A stretch of DNA of 64,000 nt from Minisyncoccota bacterium (GCA_046350775.1 JAXLZS010000001.1:90441-154440), one strand, 5' to 3'. Counted from the first letter of the stretch, positions 19,644 through 30,623 are shown. Notes: a model not told the origin generated them from the letters alone. Translations and numbers: made by a program.

Positions 19644-21443
19644 ATGAATCAAGAATACACAGAAATTAGAAATATTGCGATCATTGCACACGTGGACCAT
19701 GGAAAGACTACTTTGACTGACGCCCTCATGAAAGAGTGTGGAGTGCTAGAAGAAGGCTTTTCAATGGATACAAATGATCTAGAAAAAGAGCGTGGTATTA
19801 CAATCTATGCCAAAAATACTTCTGTGATATACAAAGGTACAAAAATAAATATTCTCGATACTCCTGGACATGCCGATTTCGGATCAGAGGTAGAGCGTGT
19901 ACTTCGCTCTATTGACTCAGTTTTGCTTCTGGTTGATGCGCAAGAAGGACCTATGCCACAGACAAGGTTTGTGCTAAAAAAGTCTCTAGAGCTCGGTTTA
20001 AAGCCTATAGTGGTCATTAATAAGATAGACAAGCCAGCTTCAGATTGTCAGAGAGTACATGATGAGGTTTTTGAGCTATTTTTAGAATTAGGTGCCAATG
20101 ATGATCAGCTCGATTTTACTACTGTCTACGCTATCGGTCGTGAGGGTGTGGCTATGAAAAATTTAAATGATGAAAGAAAAAATCTCGAGCCATTACTTAA
20201 TACAATACTTGAAAAAGTGCCAAAAGCGACAGGTGACAAAGCAAATTCTTTTGTAGCGCAAGTATTCAATCTTGCTTATGACAATTTTCTCGGACGTATG
20301 GCGGTAGCTCGTGTTTATGACGGTGAAGCAAAAGTCGGAGAGACTATTTTTGTGAGAGATCAATTTTCTGGAAAGGTGACCAGCGGAAAGATCACAAAGA
20401 TTTATACTTTTGTCGGTGTAAAAAAGATTGAATCAGATACAGCTGTCGCAGGAGATATCGTCATGATCGCTGGATTTCCAGATATTTTCATAGGAGAAAG
20501 TTTCTTGAAAGATCCAGAAGGACAAGGCAAGCCTGCTATTCATGTCGATGAACCAACGATCTCTCTAAATTTTTTAGTGAATGACAGTCCGTTTGCTGGT
20601 CGTGAAGGAAAATTTGTCACAAGTAGACAAATCAGAGATAGGTTAGAAAAAGAGCTAGAAGTAAATGTAGGATTAAAAGTAGATTTTGATACTGATAAAT
20701 ATTTAGTTTACGGAAGAGGAGAAATGCATATCGCTGTGCTTCTTGAAAATATGAGAAGAGAGGGATATGAATTACAAGTTTCTCAACCACAAGTTATTTT
20801 CCATGAAAAAGAAAATGGAGACAAAGAAGAGCCTTTTGAGGAAGTGGTGGTAGATGTGCCTACAGAGTTTTCTGGTGTAGTCATGGAAAAGCTTGGCAGA
20901 AGAAAAGGTATTGTACTTGATATGAGTGAAAGAGAGGGTATCACACGTATCAAGGCCGAAGTACCAACTAGAGGACTACTTGGATACAGAGGTGAATTTA
21001 TCATTGATACAAAGGGTCTTGGTATTTTGTCTTCAAGATTTAGAAAATTCGGGGACTTTGTTGGTCCAATTCAAAGAAAGCTCGCAGGATCTATGACAAG
21101 TATGGAAAATGGTAAGGCTCTCGGATTTTCACTTTGGAATCTTCAAGAAAGAGGTGTGCTTTATATCGGTCCAGGAACTGAAGTGTACGATGGTATGATA
21201 ATTGGTAATACAAGTAAGGGTGAAGAGATGGTAGTCAATCCGACCAAAGGTAAACAGCTCACAAATATGCGTGCCTCAGGAGCTGATGAAGCTATCAATC
21301 TTGTCCCAGCGTGGGAGCTTTCAATAGAAAGAGGACTTGAAATAATGAATGAAGATGAATATTTGGAAGTCACTCCAAAATCTGTCAGACTAAGAAAGCA
21401 AATCTTAAATGAATCAATGCGCGCAAAAGCAAATAGAAAGTAA
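19644..21443 (+). CDS. typA: Translational GTPase TypA/BipA.
   Basis: IRNIAIIAHVDHGKTTL G1 motif; 599 aa with BipA-like domains. Confidence 0.9.
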   Translation: MNQEYTEIRNIAIIAHVDHGKTTLTDALMKECGVLEEGFSMDTNDLEKERGITIYAKNTSVIYKGTKINILDTPGHADFGSEVERVLRSIDSVLLLVDAQEGPMPQTRFVLKKSLELGLKPIVVINKIDKPASDCQRVHDEVFELFLELGANDDQLDFTTVYAIGREGVAMKNLNDERKNLEPLLNTILEKVPKATGDKANSFVAQVFNLAYDNFLGRMAVARVYDGEAKVGETIFVRDQFSGKVTSGKITKIYTFVGVKKIESDTAVAGDIVMIAGFPDIFIGESFLKDPEGQGKPAIHVDEPTISLNFLVNDSPFAGREGKFVTSRQIRDRLEKELEVNVGLKVDFDTDKYLVYGRGEMHIAVLLENMRREGYELQVSQPQVIFHEKENGDKEEPFEEVVVDVPTEFSGVVMEKLGRRKGIVLDMSEREGITRIKAEVPTRGLLGYRGEFIIDTKGLGILSSRFRKFGDFVGPIQRKLAGSMTSMENGKALGFSLWNLQERGVLYIGPGTEVYDGMIIGNTSKGEEMVVNPTKGKQLTNMRASGADEAINLVPAWELSIERGLEIMNEDEYLEVTPKSVRLRKQILNESMRAKANRK

Positions 21444-21456
21444 TTTTAAATAAAAA

Positions 21457-21490
21457 TAAAACCACTCAAATAATGAGTGGTTTTATTTAG
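21457..21490. terminator. Bidirectional intrinsic terminator between convergent genes.
   Basis: aaaaccactcaaataatgagtggtttt flanked by A and T runs. Confidence 0.7.
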
Positions 21491-21496
21491 TATTAA

Positions 21497-22003
21497 TTAG
21501 TCTTTTTTAACAAGTGAATTTAAATGATTTATTACATTTGTTTGCATTTTATTTTTTTCTACATCACTATATCCGGATCTATTTATTAAGTCCGTCATTA
21601 TTGTAGTTATGGTTTGCATTGATTCTTCATCGGTTTTATACATATTATCAAAAACTCGGTCATTTATTTTTCCATTTTTATCTGTATAAAAATATTTATC
21701 ACCTTTATCAAAATTTACCCCAATATCTTCACCGTCTCCAGAAATAGATGTAGATAACTTATATATATCTTTTATCTCTCTAGCCTCACCTAAAGACGGG
21801 ATAATTTTTATAGGATTTTCTGTAAGTTTTTCTTTGTATTTAGATTCCAATCCTTCTATTATATGTCTATTATTTTTTGATTCCAAATCTTGTTTTTGTT
21901 TTTCAAACTCAGGATCACTTTCTTTTACTTTTTGTTTTATCTTAAAAAATTCAAGCATATTTTTATTAATTATTTTTATATTTTTATTATATAATATTAT
22001 CAT
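21497..22003 (-). CDS. Hypothetical protein.
   Basis: ORF only. Confidence 0.4.
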   Translation of the reverse strand: MIILYNKNIKIINKNMLEFFKIKQKVKESDPEFEKQKQDLESKNNRHIIEGLESKYKEKLTENPIKIIPSLGEAREIKDIYKLSTSISGDGEDIGVNFDKGDKYFYTDKNGKINDRVFDNMYKTDEESMQTITTIMTDLINRSGYSDVEKNKMQTNVINHLNSLVKKD

Positions 22004-22117
22004 TTCAAATGTTTATTGACAAATATTTTTAATATTTTATATAAATTATTATTTTGAGATGGAATATTCTTAAAAATAAATTGTATTTTTTCATGCTAAA
22101 ATGTAAAATAAAAATAT

Positions 22118-22735
22118 ATGCACCAAAGATCCAAAATACAAACAAAATCAGATTATAATTCCAAAAAAATTATAAGATTAATTTTTGCTATAGCTTTTGT
22201 ATTTGTGATACTAGGCTTTATATATTCTCTTAGTAATTTTTCCAAAAGTTATAAATTTAAATTCAATTTTTTAAATAAAAAAGTCGTCGTAGACGACAAT
22301 CTTGGTCCTGCTTGGATTTTGGATTCTAAAAATCTATTGACTACAAAAGATGGTCATGAGATATTTGTGCAAATAGCTTCATCATCTAAAGATCTTGCAG
22401 ACGGTCTTTCTTTTAAAGATAAGTTAAAATTTTATGAGAGAAAAGGAAAAATTACAACTGAAGGTATGTTGTTTGTTTTTGAAGAAGAGATGGTTCAAAG
22501 TTTTTGGATGAAAGATATGAATTTTGATCTTGATATGATTTGGCTTGATTCAAATTATAAGATAGTCCATATAGAAAAAAATACTCTAGCAAGCTCTTAT
22601 AATCCTACAGATACATCTTCATCCAGATTTTTTACCAACGGACCAGATCATTTAGCAAAATATGTTCTTGAAATAAACTCTGGATTGTCAGATGAAATGG
22701 GTCTAAAAGATGGAGACGTTTTGGTTTTTAATTAA
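22118..22735 (+). CDS. DUF192 (COG1430) protein with an N-terminal TM segment.
   Basis: MLFVFEEE...FWMKDMNFDLDMIWLD matches the DUF192 core. Confidence 0.6.
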   Translation: MHQRSKIQTKSDYNSKKIIRLIFAIAFVFVILGFIYSLSNFSKSYKFKFNFLNKKVVVDDNLGPAWILDSKNLLTTKDGHEIFVQIASSSKDLADGLSFKDKLKFYERKGKITTEGMLFVFEEEMVQSFWMKDMNFDLDMIWLDSNYKIVHIEKNTLASSYNPTDTSSSRFFTNGPDHLAKYVLEINSGLSDEMGLKDGDVLVFN

Positions 22736-22806
22736 TAAAGTCAAATTTTTCAAATAATTTATCTTTCTTTTTTAGTCTATTTTATGCTATATTTTAATAA
22801 ATATAT

Positions 22807-24594
22807 ATGCAAAATATAAGGAATTTTTCTATTATTGCCCATATTGATCACGGAAAGTCTACTTTGGCTGACCGTCTTTTAGAGTTTACCCATACAGTAG
22901 AAAATAGAAAGATGAAAAATCAGGTACTAGATTCTATGGATCTCGAAAGAGAAAGAGGTATCACTATCAAGATGACACCTGTCAGAATGGAATACAAAAA
23001 TCACATTCTAAATCTGATTGATACCCCGGGACATATCGATTTTTCTTATGAAGTTTCTCGTAGTTTGAGAGCTGTAGAAGGGGCTTTGCTTTTAGTTGAT
23101 GCTACTCAAGGAGTACAAGCTCAGACTCTCACCACTCTTGAAATGGCCAAAAATGCCGAATTGAAAATCATTCCAGTTATCAATAAAATTGATTCACCGA
23201 TAGCTGATTTAGATGGAGTAAAAGAGCAAATTATAAAATTACTGAGTGTAGAAGAAAAAGATATAATTTTAGTATCAGGAAAGACTGGTGAAGGAGTGGA
23301 GATTTTATTAAACAACATCATAGAAAAAATACCTTCACCCAAAATAGAGCCTATAGAAAAAAAAGAAAATAGTAAATCTTTTCGTGCTCTTATTTTTGAT
23401 TTTGAATACTCAAATCATGAAGGTGTGATTCTTTATGTCAGAATTTTAAATGGCACAGTAAAAAGAAATGATGAGCTAGTTTTTCTAAAATCTAAATATA
23501 GATTCTTGGTAAGAAGTGTAGGAATATTTAAGCCTGAAAAAGTTGAAAGTAAAGAATTGGAAGAAGGGCAAATCGGATATATTGTGACAGGTATAAAAGA
23601 GCCTGGAGTAGCGAGAGTTGGGGATACTGTCACTACATTCGCTCATCCATTATCAGCTTTTGCTGGGTATGAAGAGCCTACACCACTTGTTTTTGCTTCT
23701 GTTTATCCGGAGACACAAGACGAATTTGATGATCTTCGTAGTAGTTTGGGAAAATTAAGATTGTCAGATTCTTCTCTGACTTTTGAAGAAGAGGCTAGTG
23801 GCGCGCTTGGTAGAGGCTTTCGTTGTGGATTTTTAGGAATGCTTCATCTTGAGATAGTCACAGAGAGACTCCGAAGAGAATTTGACCAGGAGCTCATAGT
23901 TACTCAACCTTCTATCACATATGAAGTAGAAATGCGTGATCACTCTATAGAAAAGGTTTATACGCCTATACATTTTCCAGATCATGGACAATATTTATCA
24001 GTCAGAGAGCCTTGGATTTTGTTGACCATCATAGTACCAAATGATTATCTCTCCAATATGATGCAGCTCTTTCAAAAGCACGAAGGTGATATTGTTGATA
24101 TGACTGATTGGGGAGAGGGAAGGGTGAATATTCATTTATCTATGCCACTTCGTGAGCTCATGAGAAATTTTTTTGATGAATTGAAGTCTGCTTCTAGTGG
24201 ATATGCGTCTATCTCTTACAAGATTGGAGAGATGAGAGATGCTAGTGTTACAAGGCTCGATATATTGGTAGCAGAAGAAAGGGTGCCAGCATTTTCTAGG
24301 GTTGTGGCTGAATGGAGAGCTAATGAAGAAGCGGAAGAGGTAGTAGAAAAGCTTTACAAGATTCTGCCTAGAGAATTGTTTAGAGTAAAAATCCAAGCTG
24401 TGATAAAAGGAAGAATCATAGCCTCAAGAAGTATTGCTCCTATGAAAAAAGATGTGACAGGATATCTTTATGGAGGAGATATCACAAGAAAGATGAAGCT
24501 GCGAGAAAAGCAAAAGAGAGGTAAAAAGAGAATGCAAGAATCTGGAAAAGTACGCATTGAGCATGACACTTTCTTAGAATTGATGAAGAAATAA
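22807..24594 (+). CDS. lepA: Elongation factor 4 (LepA).
   Basis: IRNFSIIAHIDHGKSTLADRLL and the LepA C-terminal domain. Confidence 0.95.
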   Translation: MQNIRNFSIIAHIDHGKSTLADRLLEFTHTVENRKMKNQVLDSMDLERERGITIKMTPVRMEYKNHILNLIDTPGHIDFSYEVSRSLRAVEGALLLVDATQGVQAQTLTTLEMAKNAELKIIPVINKIDSPIADLDGVKEQIIKLLSVEEKDIILVSGKTGEGVEILLNNIIEKIPSPKIEPIEKKENSKSFRALIFDFEYSNHEGVILYVRILNGTVKRNDELVFLKSKYRFLVRSVGIFKPEKVESKELEEGQIGYIVTGIKEPGVARVGDTVTTFAHPLSAFAGYEEPTPLVFASVYPETQDEFDDLRSSLGKLRLSDSSLTFEEEASGALGRGFRCGFLGMLHLEIVTERLRREFDQELIVTQPSITYEVEMRDHSIEKVYTPIHFPDHGQYLSVREPWILLTIIVPNDYLSNMMQLFQKHEGDIVDMTDWGEGRVNIHLSMPLRELMRNFFDELKSASSGYASISYKIGEMRDASVTRLDILVAEERVPAFSRVVAEWRANEEAEEVVEKLYKILPRELFRVKIQAVIKGRIIASRSIAPMKKDVTGYLYGGDITRKMKLREKQKRGKKRMQESGKVRIEHDTFLELMKK

Positions 24595-24613
24595 AATATA
24601 ATATAAATAAATT

Positions 24614-24646
24614 AAAAACTGTAGATTTTAAATCTACAGTTTTTAA
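24614..24646 (+). terminator. Intrinsic terminator.
   Basis: aaaactgtagattt/aaatctacagtttt. Confidence 0.7.
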
Positions 24647-24869
24647 TCTCGGTTTATTAAGCTCTTAAAAGAGGGATAAGTAAGAATCCTATCATAGCTA
24701 TAGCCATCAATATGGCCAAGACTCTGTATATTTTATTCACGGTTTTTTTATGGTGACTTTTAAACATAAATTTATTTTATTTTACTTAGTATATCATTTT
24801 CATCATCTTTTTAAAAGCCAAAATGACATTATTTTTTTATGCTAAAATATCTAAATACAGAGCATAAAT

Positions 24870-25250
24870 ATGAAAAAATATAAACAAAGATTTTTATGGA
24901 GGAATTTGTTTTATTCTAACTTTACTATTGTTTTTATTTTATTTCTACTTTTCTTTTTGATAAATGGACTATATAAGCTGTATATAAAGTATGAATTTAC
25001 TAAAAATGATTTAGCTTCTGTCTCTAAAGATATGCAAGAAGAGAAAGATAAGTTGATTTTGACTCAAAATAAATTTAATAATATAAATACAGAGGCTGGA
25101 CGAGAAAAATATATACGTGAGACTTATTCTGTAAAAAAAGCTGGAGAAGAAGTAGTTGTGGTTTACAATAATCCCTCATCTACTTATCCGATACCAAGAA
25201 GTGAGACTTTTTGGGAAACTGTTAAAAAATTTTTCAAAAATTTGTGGTAA
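24870..25250 (+). CDS. FtsB/DivIC-like septum formation initiator (TM segment plus coiled coil).
   Basis: N-terminal TM segment followed by a coiled coil. Confidence 0.45.
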   Translation: MKKYKQRFLWRNLFYSNFTIVFILFLLFFLINGLYKLYIKYEFTKNDLASVSKDMQEEKDKLILTQNKFNNINTEAGREKYIRETYSVKKAGEEVVVVYNNPSSTYPIPRSETFWETVKKFFKNLW

Positions 25251-25315
25251 AAAATATTCATGCTATACTATTTTTATAAATAGGATATTATAAAAAATTA
25301 AAAATAAGCAAAAAT

Positions 25316-25564
25316 ATGAGCGATACAAAAAAAATAGAGATTTTTAGTACACCAACTTGCCATTTTTGCCATTTAGCTAAGGAGTGGTTTGCTGAAAAAA
25401 AGCTTGAATATGTAGAGTATAACGTAGCATCTGATCTTGATAAAAGAAAAGAAATGGTAGAAATGACAGGTCAATTAGGTGTGCCAGTTATAAAGATAGG
25501 AGAAGATGTTTTAATTGGTTTTAATCCAAACAAGATGGCGGAAATCTTAGCTGTAACAGTCTAA
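25316..25564 (+). CDS. Glutaredoxin-like protein (NrdH/YruB-like).
   Basis: IEIFSTPTCHFCHLAKEW has the CxxC motif; ...GVPVI. Confidence 0.8.
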   Translation: MSDTKKIEIFSTPTCHFCHLAKEWFAEKKLEYVEYNVASDLDKRKEMVEMTGQLGVPVIKIGEDVLIGFNPNKMAEILAVTV

Positions 25565-25584
25565 AATTTATAAGATTTATAAAA

Positions 25585-25616
25585 TAAAAACCTATTGAAA
25601 ATAGGTTTTTATTTTT
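25585..25616 (+). terminator. Intrinsic terminator.
   Basis: aaaaacctattgaaaataggttttt followed by attttt. Confidence 0.7.
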
Positions 25617-25656
25617 GGAAAAATTTGGGTTTTATGATATTATGTATTTATCCCTT

Positions 25657-25729
25657 GCCGAGATAGCTCAGTTGGTAGAGCATTTCCCTGAAGAGGAAGG
25701 GGTCGCCAGTTCGAGCCTGGCTCTCGGCA
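25657..25729 (+). tRNA. tRNA-Phe (GAA).
   Basis: GCCGAGATAGCTCAGTTGGTAGAGC...CTGAAGA anticodon loop...GTTCGAGCC. Confidence 0.9.
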
Positions 25730-25740
25730 CAAAATAAATA

Positions 25741-26034
25741 TTATTTCTTTACATTATTTATAAAGCTTTTAATATTTGCTACATCGGTCAAGTTATCTAT
25801 TTTACTAGATATGCTAATAATTGTAGTCTTTAGACCATTAAATTCATTTATTATAGATATAAAAGGATATTTAAATATGTATAAAATACCCCAGGCCGCA
25901 GCTATTATAAATGTCCAATAAGCTATCCTGAAACCCATAGTTAATTTTTGATTTTTTCTTATTTTTTTTAGTAATTCATTATTTTCTTTTGCCACTTTTA
26001 GAATTTCTTCTAGTTCACTTTTTTCTGGGTTCAT
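25741..26034 (-). CDS. Hypothetical small membrane protein.
   Basis: ORF with one TM segment. Confidence 0.4.
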   Translation of the reverse strand: MNPEKSELEEILKVAKENNELLKKIRKNQKLTMGFRIAYWTFIIAAAWGILYIFKYPFISIINEFNGLKTTIISISSKIDNLTDVANIKSFINNVKK

Positions 26035-26063
26035 ATATTTTAATTTAAGTATATTATAACATG

Positions 26064-26135
26064 TGCTCTCGGCAGGAATCGAACCTACAAACCTTCCTTA
26101 GGACGGAAGAGTTATGTCCATTTAACTACGAGAGC
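26064..26135 (-). tRNA. tRNA-Arg (CCT).
   Basis: Reverse complement gives GCTCTCGTAGTTAAATGGA...CTTCC GTCCTAA GGAAG...GGTTCGATTCC. Confidence 0.75.
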
Positions 26136-26176
26136 TAATTTGAGATAAATATATCACAAATTTGTATTTATTAAAA

Positions 26177-26220
26177 AATAAAACCTATCAAAATTTGACA
26201 GGTTTTATTTTTATTTTTTT
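26177..26220. terminator. Intrinsic terminator downstream of the Hsp20 gene.
   Basis: aaaacctatcaaaatttgacaggtttt followed by a T-run. Confidence 0.55.
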
Positions 26221-26223
26221 AGA

Positions 26224-26727
26224 TTAGATACTTTTTACTTTTATTTTTGCTTGTCTTGCTTTATCTATTTTTGGTAGTCTGATTATTAAGAGTCCATGTT
26301 TTTCTACCGCTTCCACATTTTCAATTTCTATTTCGTGTGGAAGTAAAATACTTCTTGAAAATGATCCCCAGTACAATTCTCTATAAAAATAATCATCTTC
26401 TGATATCTGAGTATTTCCATCTCTTCTACCTTTGATGGTCACCATATCACGAGTGATTGATATTTGAAGATCTTCTGGCTTTACACCAGCGAGCATAGCT
26501 TCTATTATTATTTCATTTGGAGTTTGGTAGACATCGACTGAAAGTTCTCCATCTCCTTCTTCATATTCTTCTTCTGGTTGAATATTTGAAATAGTTCTTT
26601 CTGCTTCGTTAAATTTTTTATTACTTCTTCCTATTTCGACTTCCAGTTCTTCCTCTTCTGGATCATTATCTTCTACCATGACAGATCCAGCAAGTCTTTC
26701 AAAAAATGATTTTTTTTCTTTTGACAT
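26224..26727 (-). CDS. Hsp20/alpha-crystallin small heat-shock protein.
   Basis: ACD core VDVYQT...ISITRDMVTIKGRR. Confidence 0.8.
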   Translation of the reverse strand: MSKEKKSFFERLAGSVMVEDNDPEEEELEVEIGRSNKKFNEAERTISNIQPEEEYEEGDGELSVDVYQTPNEIIIEAMLAGVKPEDLQISITRDMVTIKGRRDGNTQISEDDYFYRELYWGSFSRSILLPHEIEIENVEAVEKHGLLIIRLPKIDKARQAKIKVKSI

Positions 26728-26860
26728 AATTTTAATAGTATCTAATTAATTTCTAAGATTGATTTAATTATAACTATTATTTTGATTTCTATCAATAAAA
26801 AAGAGGGGAGTTATCCACAGAATGGATATTCCGCCTCTTTTTTTAAAAATAAAAATTATA

Positions 26861-29056
26861 TTAGCTTTGCCATTTTGTTATCAACAATAAATCGTCATTT
26901 TCATTTTTTATATATTTCCAAATTTCTTCTGTCACAAAAGGCATAAATGGATGAAGAGAGATAATTTGTTCCCTTAAAAGTATCAATAATAGATTTTGAG
27001 CTGATTTTTTATTTTCTGTATTATCCATTATTTCTTTTTTGCATTCTTCTATCACTATATCTGCAAATGTATGCCAGAAATAGTCATATATCTTTTCTCC
27101 TGCAAGATGCAGTCTATAATTTTCTAAATCTAAAGTTATATCTCTGATTTTTTCTTTCCAGTTATTATAAATAGCAAGATGATTTTCATTTAAATTTGAT
27201 ATATTTATTTCATCTTCTAAATCATTTGTTTTTTCTAATACAAATCTAGTAGCATTCCATATTTTATTTGCAAAATTTTTATAAGCTTTTATTTTATCTT
27301 CTCCTAATTTTAGATCGTTTCCTGGGCCGTTGCCTACTATCTGTGACATACGTAGAGCGTCAGATCCGTATTTGGATATCAAATCTCTAGGATCTAATGC
27401 ATTATTTAGTGATTTGCTCATTTTTCTTCCTTGAGCATCACGGACCAATCCGTGCAAATATGTAGTCTTGAATGGTATCTCATCAAGTGCGTATGTACTC
27501 ATCATGATCATTCTGGCTACCCAAAAGAATATAATGTCGTGCCCAGTCTCCAATAGATCTGTAGGGTGATACATTTCTAAATCTTTTGTTTTTTCTGGCC
27601 AACCAAGAGTAGAAAATGTCCACATGCCAGATGAGAACCAAGTATCTAGTGTATCTTCATCTTGTCTTATATTTGTATTGTTTTTATATTTATCTTCTAG
27701 AATTCCTACGCTTACTATATTATTCTCATTGTCGTACCACACAGGCACTCTGTGACCATACCAGATTTGTCTACTTATACACCAGTCACGGAGATTGTTT
27801 ATCCAGTGAAAATATACTTTTTCGAATCTGTCAGGTATTATTTTGAGACCTTTTTCTTCTACAGCTTCTAGCATTAGATTTTTAAGTGTAGTTTTTTTAT
27901 TAAAATGATCAAATTCTTTATTAACTGCTATGAACCATTGCAATTTTGGAAGAGGCTCTATGATTCCTCCGGTTCTCTCAGCAGTACTTACATTTTGTGA
28001 TATTTCTTCTTCTTTTTCTAGCAGATTGTTTTCTTTGAGCCAAGAGACAACTATTTCTCTAGCTTCCAAAGTTTTTTTGCCGTCAAGTTCTTCGTTACAA
28101 TTTATCATTTTTGCATATTCGTTGATGACTTGTTTTTTATCTAGACCATGTCTCTCTGCCATATCCCAATCTATTTGAGAGTGAGCAGGTGTCACACCTA
28201 GAGCTCCAGTACCAAATTCTGGATCAACTTCTTTATCGGCGATAATTTTTATTTTTATTGGAACATTACAAAAATTTGTCTCAAAAGTTTTTCCTACATA
28301 ATCTTTGTATCTAATATCGTCTGGATGCACAGCTACAGCAGTGTCTCCGACTTTTGTCTCTGGTCTGGTAGTGGATATAGTTATAGGAAAATCGTGATTG
28401 TATTTAAAAGTGTAAAGGGTCGCTTTTCTTTCTTCATATATTACTTCATCATCACTGATGACCGTCTGTCCTTTTGGATCCCAGTTTACTATTCTATTTC
28501 CTTGATATATTAGTCCATCATCATACATTTTTTTAAACATTGTATTTACTGCTATGTTTCTTTTTTCATCAAGTGTAAAAGCTATACGAGACCAATCTAG
28601 AGATGCTCCCATAGATTTGAATTGAGACAATATGGTATTTTGTGACTCTAAAGCAAAATCGTTTACTCTTTTTAATAAATCTTCTCTTCCTAAATCATGT
28701 CTATTTTTGCCTTCTTCTTTTTGTATTTTTTTTTCTACTACAGATTGAGTAGCTATGGCGGCGTGATCTGTACCAGGAAGCCAAAGAGCTCTTTTTCCAT
28801 TCATTCTATGGAATCTTATTACCGTGTCTTGTATTGACAGCATTAGAGAGTGACCAGTGTGTAATGTGCCAGTCACATTTGGAGGTGGAAGAACAATAGA
28901 AAATACTTTTTCTTTCCCATTTTCGTCTTTTACTATATTTTCTGATTTTAAATTATCAGGATTGAAATATCCCGAATCTATCCAATTTTGATATATATTA
29001 CCTTCCACTTCTTGAGGATTGTATGGTTTTAGAAAATTTTCTGGTACATTTTTCAT
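26861..29056 (-). CDS. valS: Valyl-tRNA synthetase (short form lacking the C-terminal coiled coil).
   Basis: PPPNVTGTLHTGH HIGH motif, TDHAGIATQ, QDEDTLDTWFSS, KMSKS. Confidence 0.85.
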   Translation of the reverse strand: MKNVPENFLKPYNPQEVEGNIYQNWIDSGYFNPDNLKSENIVKDENGKEKVFSIVLPPPNVTGTLHTGHSLMLSIQDTVIRFHRMNGKRALWLPGTDHAAIATQSVVEKKIQKEEGKNRHDLGREDLLKRVNDFALESQNTILSQFKSMGASLDWSRIAFTLDEKRNIAVNTMFKKMYDDGLIYQGNRIVNWDPKGQTVISDDEVIYEERKATLYTFKYNHDFPITISTTRPETKVGDTAVAVHPDDIRYKDYVGKTFETNFCNVPIKIKIIADKEVDPEFGTGALGVTPAHSQIDWDMAERHGLDKKQVINEYAKMINCNEELDGKKTLEAREIVVSWLKENNLLEKEEEISQNVSTAERTGGIIEPLPKLQWFIAVNKEFDHFNKKTTLKNLMLEAVEEKGLKIIPDRFEKVYFHWINNLRDWCISRQIWYGHRVPVWYDNENNIVSVGILEDKYKNNTNIRQDEDTLDTWFSSGMWTFSTLGWPEKTKDLEMYHPTDLLETGHDIIFFWVARMIMMSTYALDEIPFKTTYLHGLVRDAQGRKMSKSLNNALDPRDLISKYGSDALRMSQIVGNGPGNDLKLGEDKIKAYKNFANKIWNATRFVLEKTNDLEDEINISNLNENHLAIYNNWKEKIRDITLDLENYRLHLAGEKIYDYFWHTFADIVIEECKKEIMDNTENKKSAQNLLLILLREQIISLHPFMPFVTEEIWKYIKNENDDLLLITKWQS

Positions 29057-29158
29057 AATTTTAAATAATAGCTAGATTTTTCTTAGCTTGTATATCTATA
29101 GTATCATATTTTCTTTTTATGATAAAATGTTAAATATTTTAAAAACACATTATTTTTT

Positions 29159-29746
29159 ATGGAAATTAAGACAATTATAAGTATAGTAGCAGGGATTTTG
29201 GTTTTAGTTAGTTATTTTTTTTATATTAAAAGTATTTTAAAAGGCAAGTCTAGGCCTCATGTTTTTACTTGGGGATTGTGGGCCGTCATAGTATTTATAC
29301 TATTCTTATTACAAAGATCCTCTGGAGCAGGATTTGGAGCTTTGCCGACGCTTGTAGTCGCCATATTGTGTTTAGTAATTTTAATTTTAAGTTTAATAAA
29401 AGAAAGTAATAAAAATATCCGTACTGTAGATATAGTATTTTTAATTATTACAATTTTAGCTATACCTATCTGGGTCCTAGCCAAAGCGCCGATGATTTCT
29501 ACTATACTATTAATAGTGGTTTATTCATTAGCTGGTGAAGCTACTATCAGAAAGTCTTGGATAGATCCATATTCTGAGATCATCACTCTTTGGGCTATAA
29601 ATTCTCTCAGAGCTTTACTATCAATTTTTGCTTTATCTAAATTTAATTTTATTACTTTAGCTTTTCCAGTTTTAGTATTTTTATCAGCTACAGCTTTTGC
29701 TTTGATGTTGATCTTTAGAAGAAATTATCTTAAGTTTAAGAAATAA
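29159..29746 (+). CDS. Hypothetical polytopic membrane protein.
   Basis: About 6 TM segments. Confidence 0.4.
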   Translation: MEIKTIISIVAGILVLVSYFFYIKSILKGKSRPHVFTWGLWAVIVFILFLLQRSSGAGFGALPTLVVAILCLVILILSLIKESNKNIRTVDIVFLIITILAIPIWVLAKAPMISTILLIVVYSLAGEATIRKSWIDPYSEIITLWAINSLRALLSIFALSKFNFITLAFPVLVFLSATAFALMLIFRRNYLKFKK

Positions 29747-29780
29747 TTGTGATAGAATAGTTTTCGATTAATAAAAATTT

Positions 29781-30317
29781 ATGAATACAAAATTAAAAAA
29801 GCAAGACAAGGTTTTAAAAAAAGTTTCTCCTTTAGCAAAAAATATTTCTAAAACTTTAAATAAAAATAATTCTAAAAAAATAAATGCCGCTGAAAAGCAT
29901 CATCTTCCAGATCATCATTTTAAAAAAGTCTCAGTAAAGAAAAGTAAATTTGGTCTTGGCCTTTTTGCTGGTGAACCTATTAAAAAAGGCGAGGTGATAA
30001 TAGAGTATATTGGAAATATTTTGACAGATAAAGAGACAGATAAGATAGCTGATAGTAGATATATTTTTTCAGTAAAAAAAGATTACAATATCGACGGATC
30101 ACCTAGATGGAATATAGCTAGATATTGCAATCATTCTTGTGACGGGAACGCTGAAAGTGAAGTGAAAAAAAATAGAGTTTTTGTAAGAGCAATAAAAAAT
30201 ATAAAAGAAGGTGAAGAGATAGTTTATGATTACGGTGAAGAATATGTGAAAGAAATTTTAATAGAGAGAGATGGTGGATGTGGGTGCGATGCAAAAAAAC
30301 ATTTGTATCATGATTAG
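29781..30317 (+). CDS. SET-domain lysine methyltransferase with a Lys-rich N-terminal tail.
   Basis: GLGLFA...RYCNHSCDGN...IVYDYG...CGCDAKKH post-SET cluster. Confidence 0.8.
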   Translation: MNTKLKKQDKVLKKVSPLAKNISKTLNKNNSKKINAAEKHHLPDHHFKKVSVKKSKFGLGLFAGEPIKKGEVIIEYIGNILTDKETDKIADSRYIFSVKKDYNIDGSPRWNIARYCNHSCDGNAESEVKKNRVFVRAIKNIKEGEEIVYDYGEEYVKEILIERDGGCGCDAKKHLYHD

Positions 30318-30512
30318 AAAATAAAAAATAAAATTTAAAAAAATTTTCAAAAATATTTTTTATAAATAAAAAAGTTATCCACAAAAATTTTTTAAAAAAG
30401 TATTGTATAAATTTTTTTTGAATGAGATAATTATATTAAGAGAGGCAGACCGAAGGTCCAAGGTCAAAAAATTAAAAGCGCACTCTCTAGTATTAAATAC
30501 TAAATAAAAAAT

Positions 30513-30602
30513 ATGGCAGCAAAGAAAAAAGCAGCAAAGAAAGTTGCAAAGAAAGCAGCTAAGAAAACTGCAAAGAAAAAAGCAGCTAAGAAAAAAAAGT
30601 AA
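30513..30602 (+). CDS. 29-aa histone-H1-like / KAAKK-repeat basic protein (MAAKKKAAKKVAKKAAKKTAKKKAAKKKK).
   Basis: ATG at 30513 and TAA at 30600. A stem-loop lies immediately downstream. Too short for the ORF track. Confidence 0.55.
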   Translation: MAAKKKAAKKVAKKAAKKTAKKKAAKKKK

Positions 30603-30623
30603 TTAACTTTTTATCTTAAACTA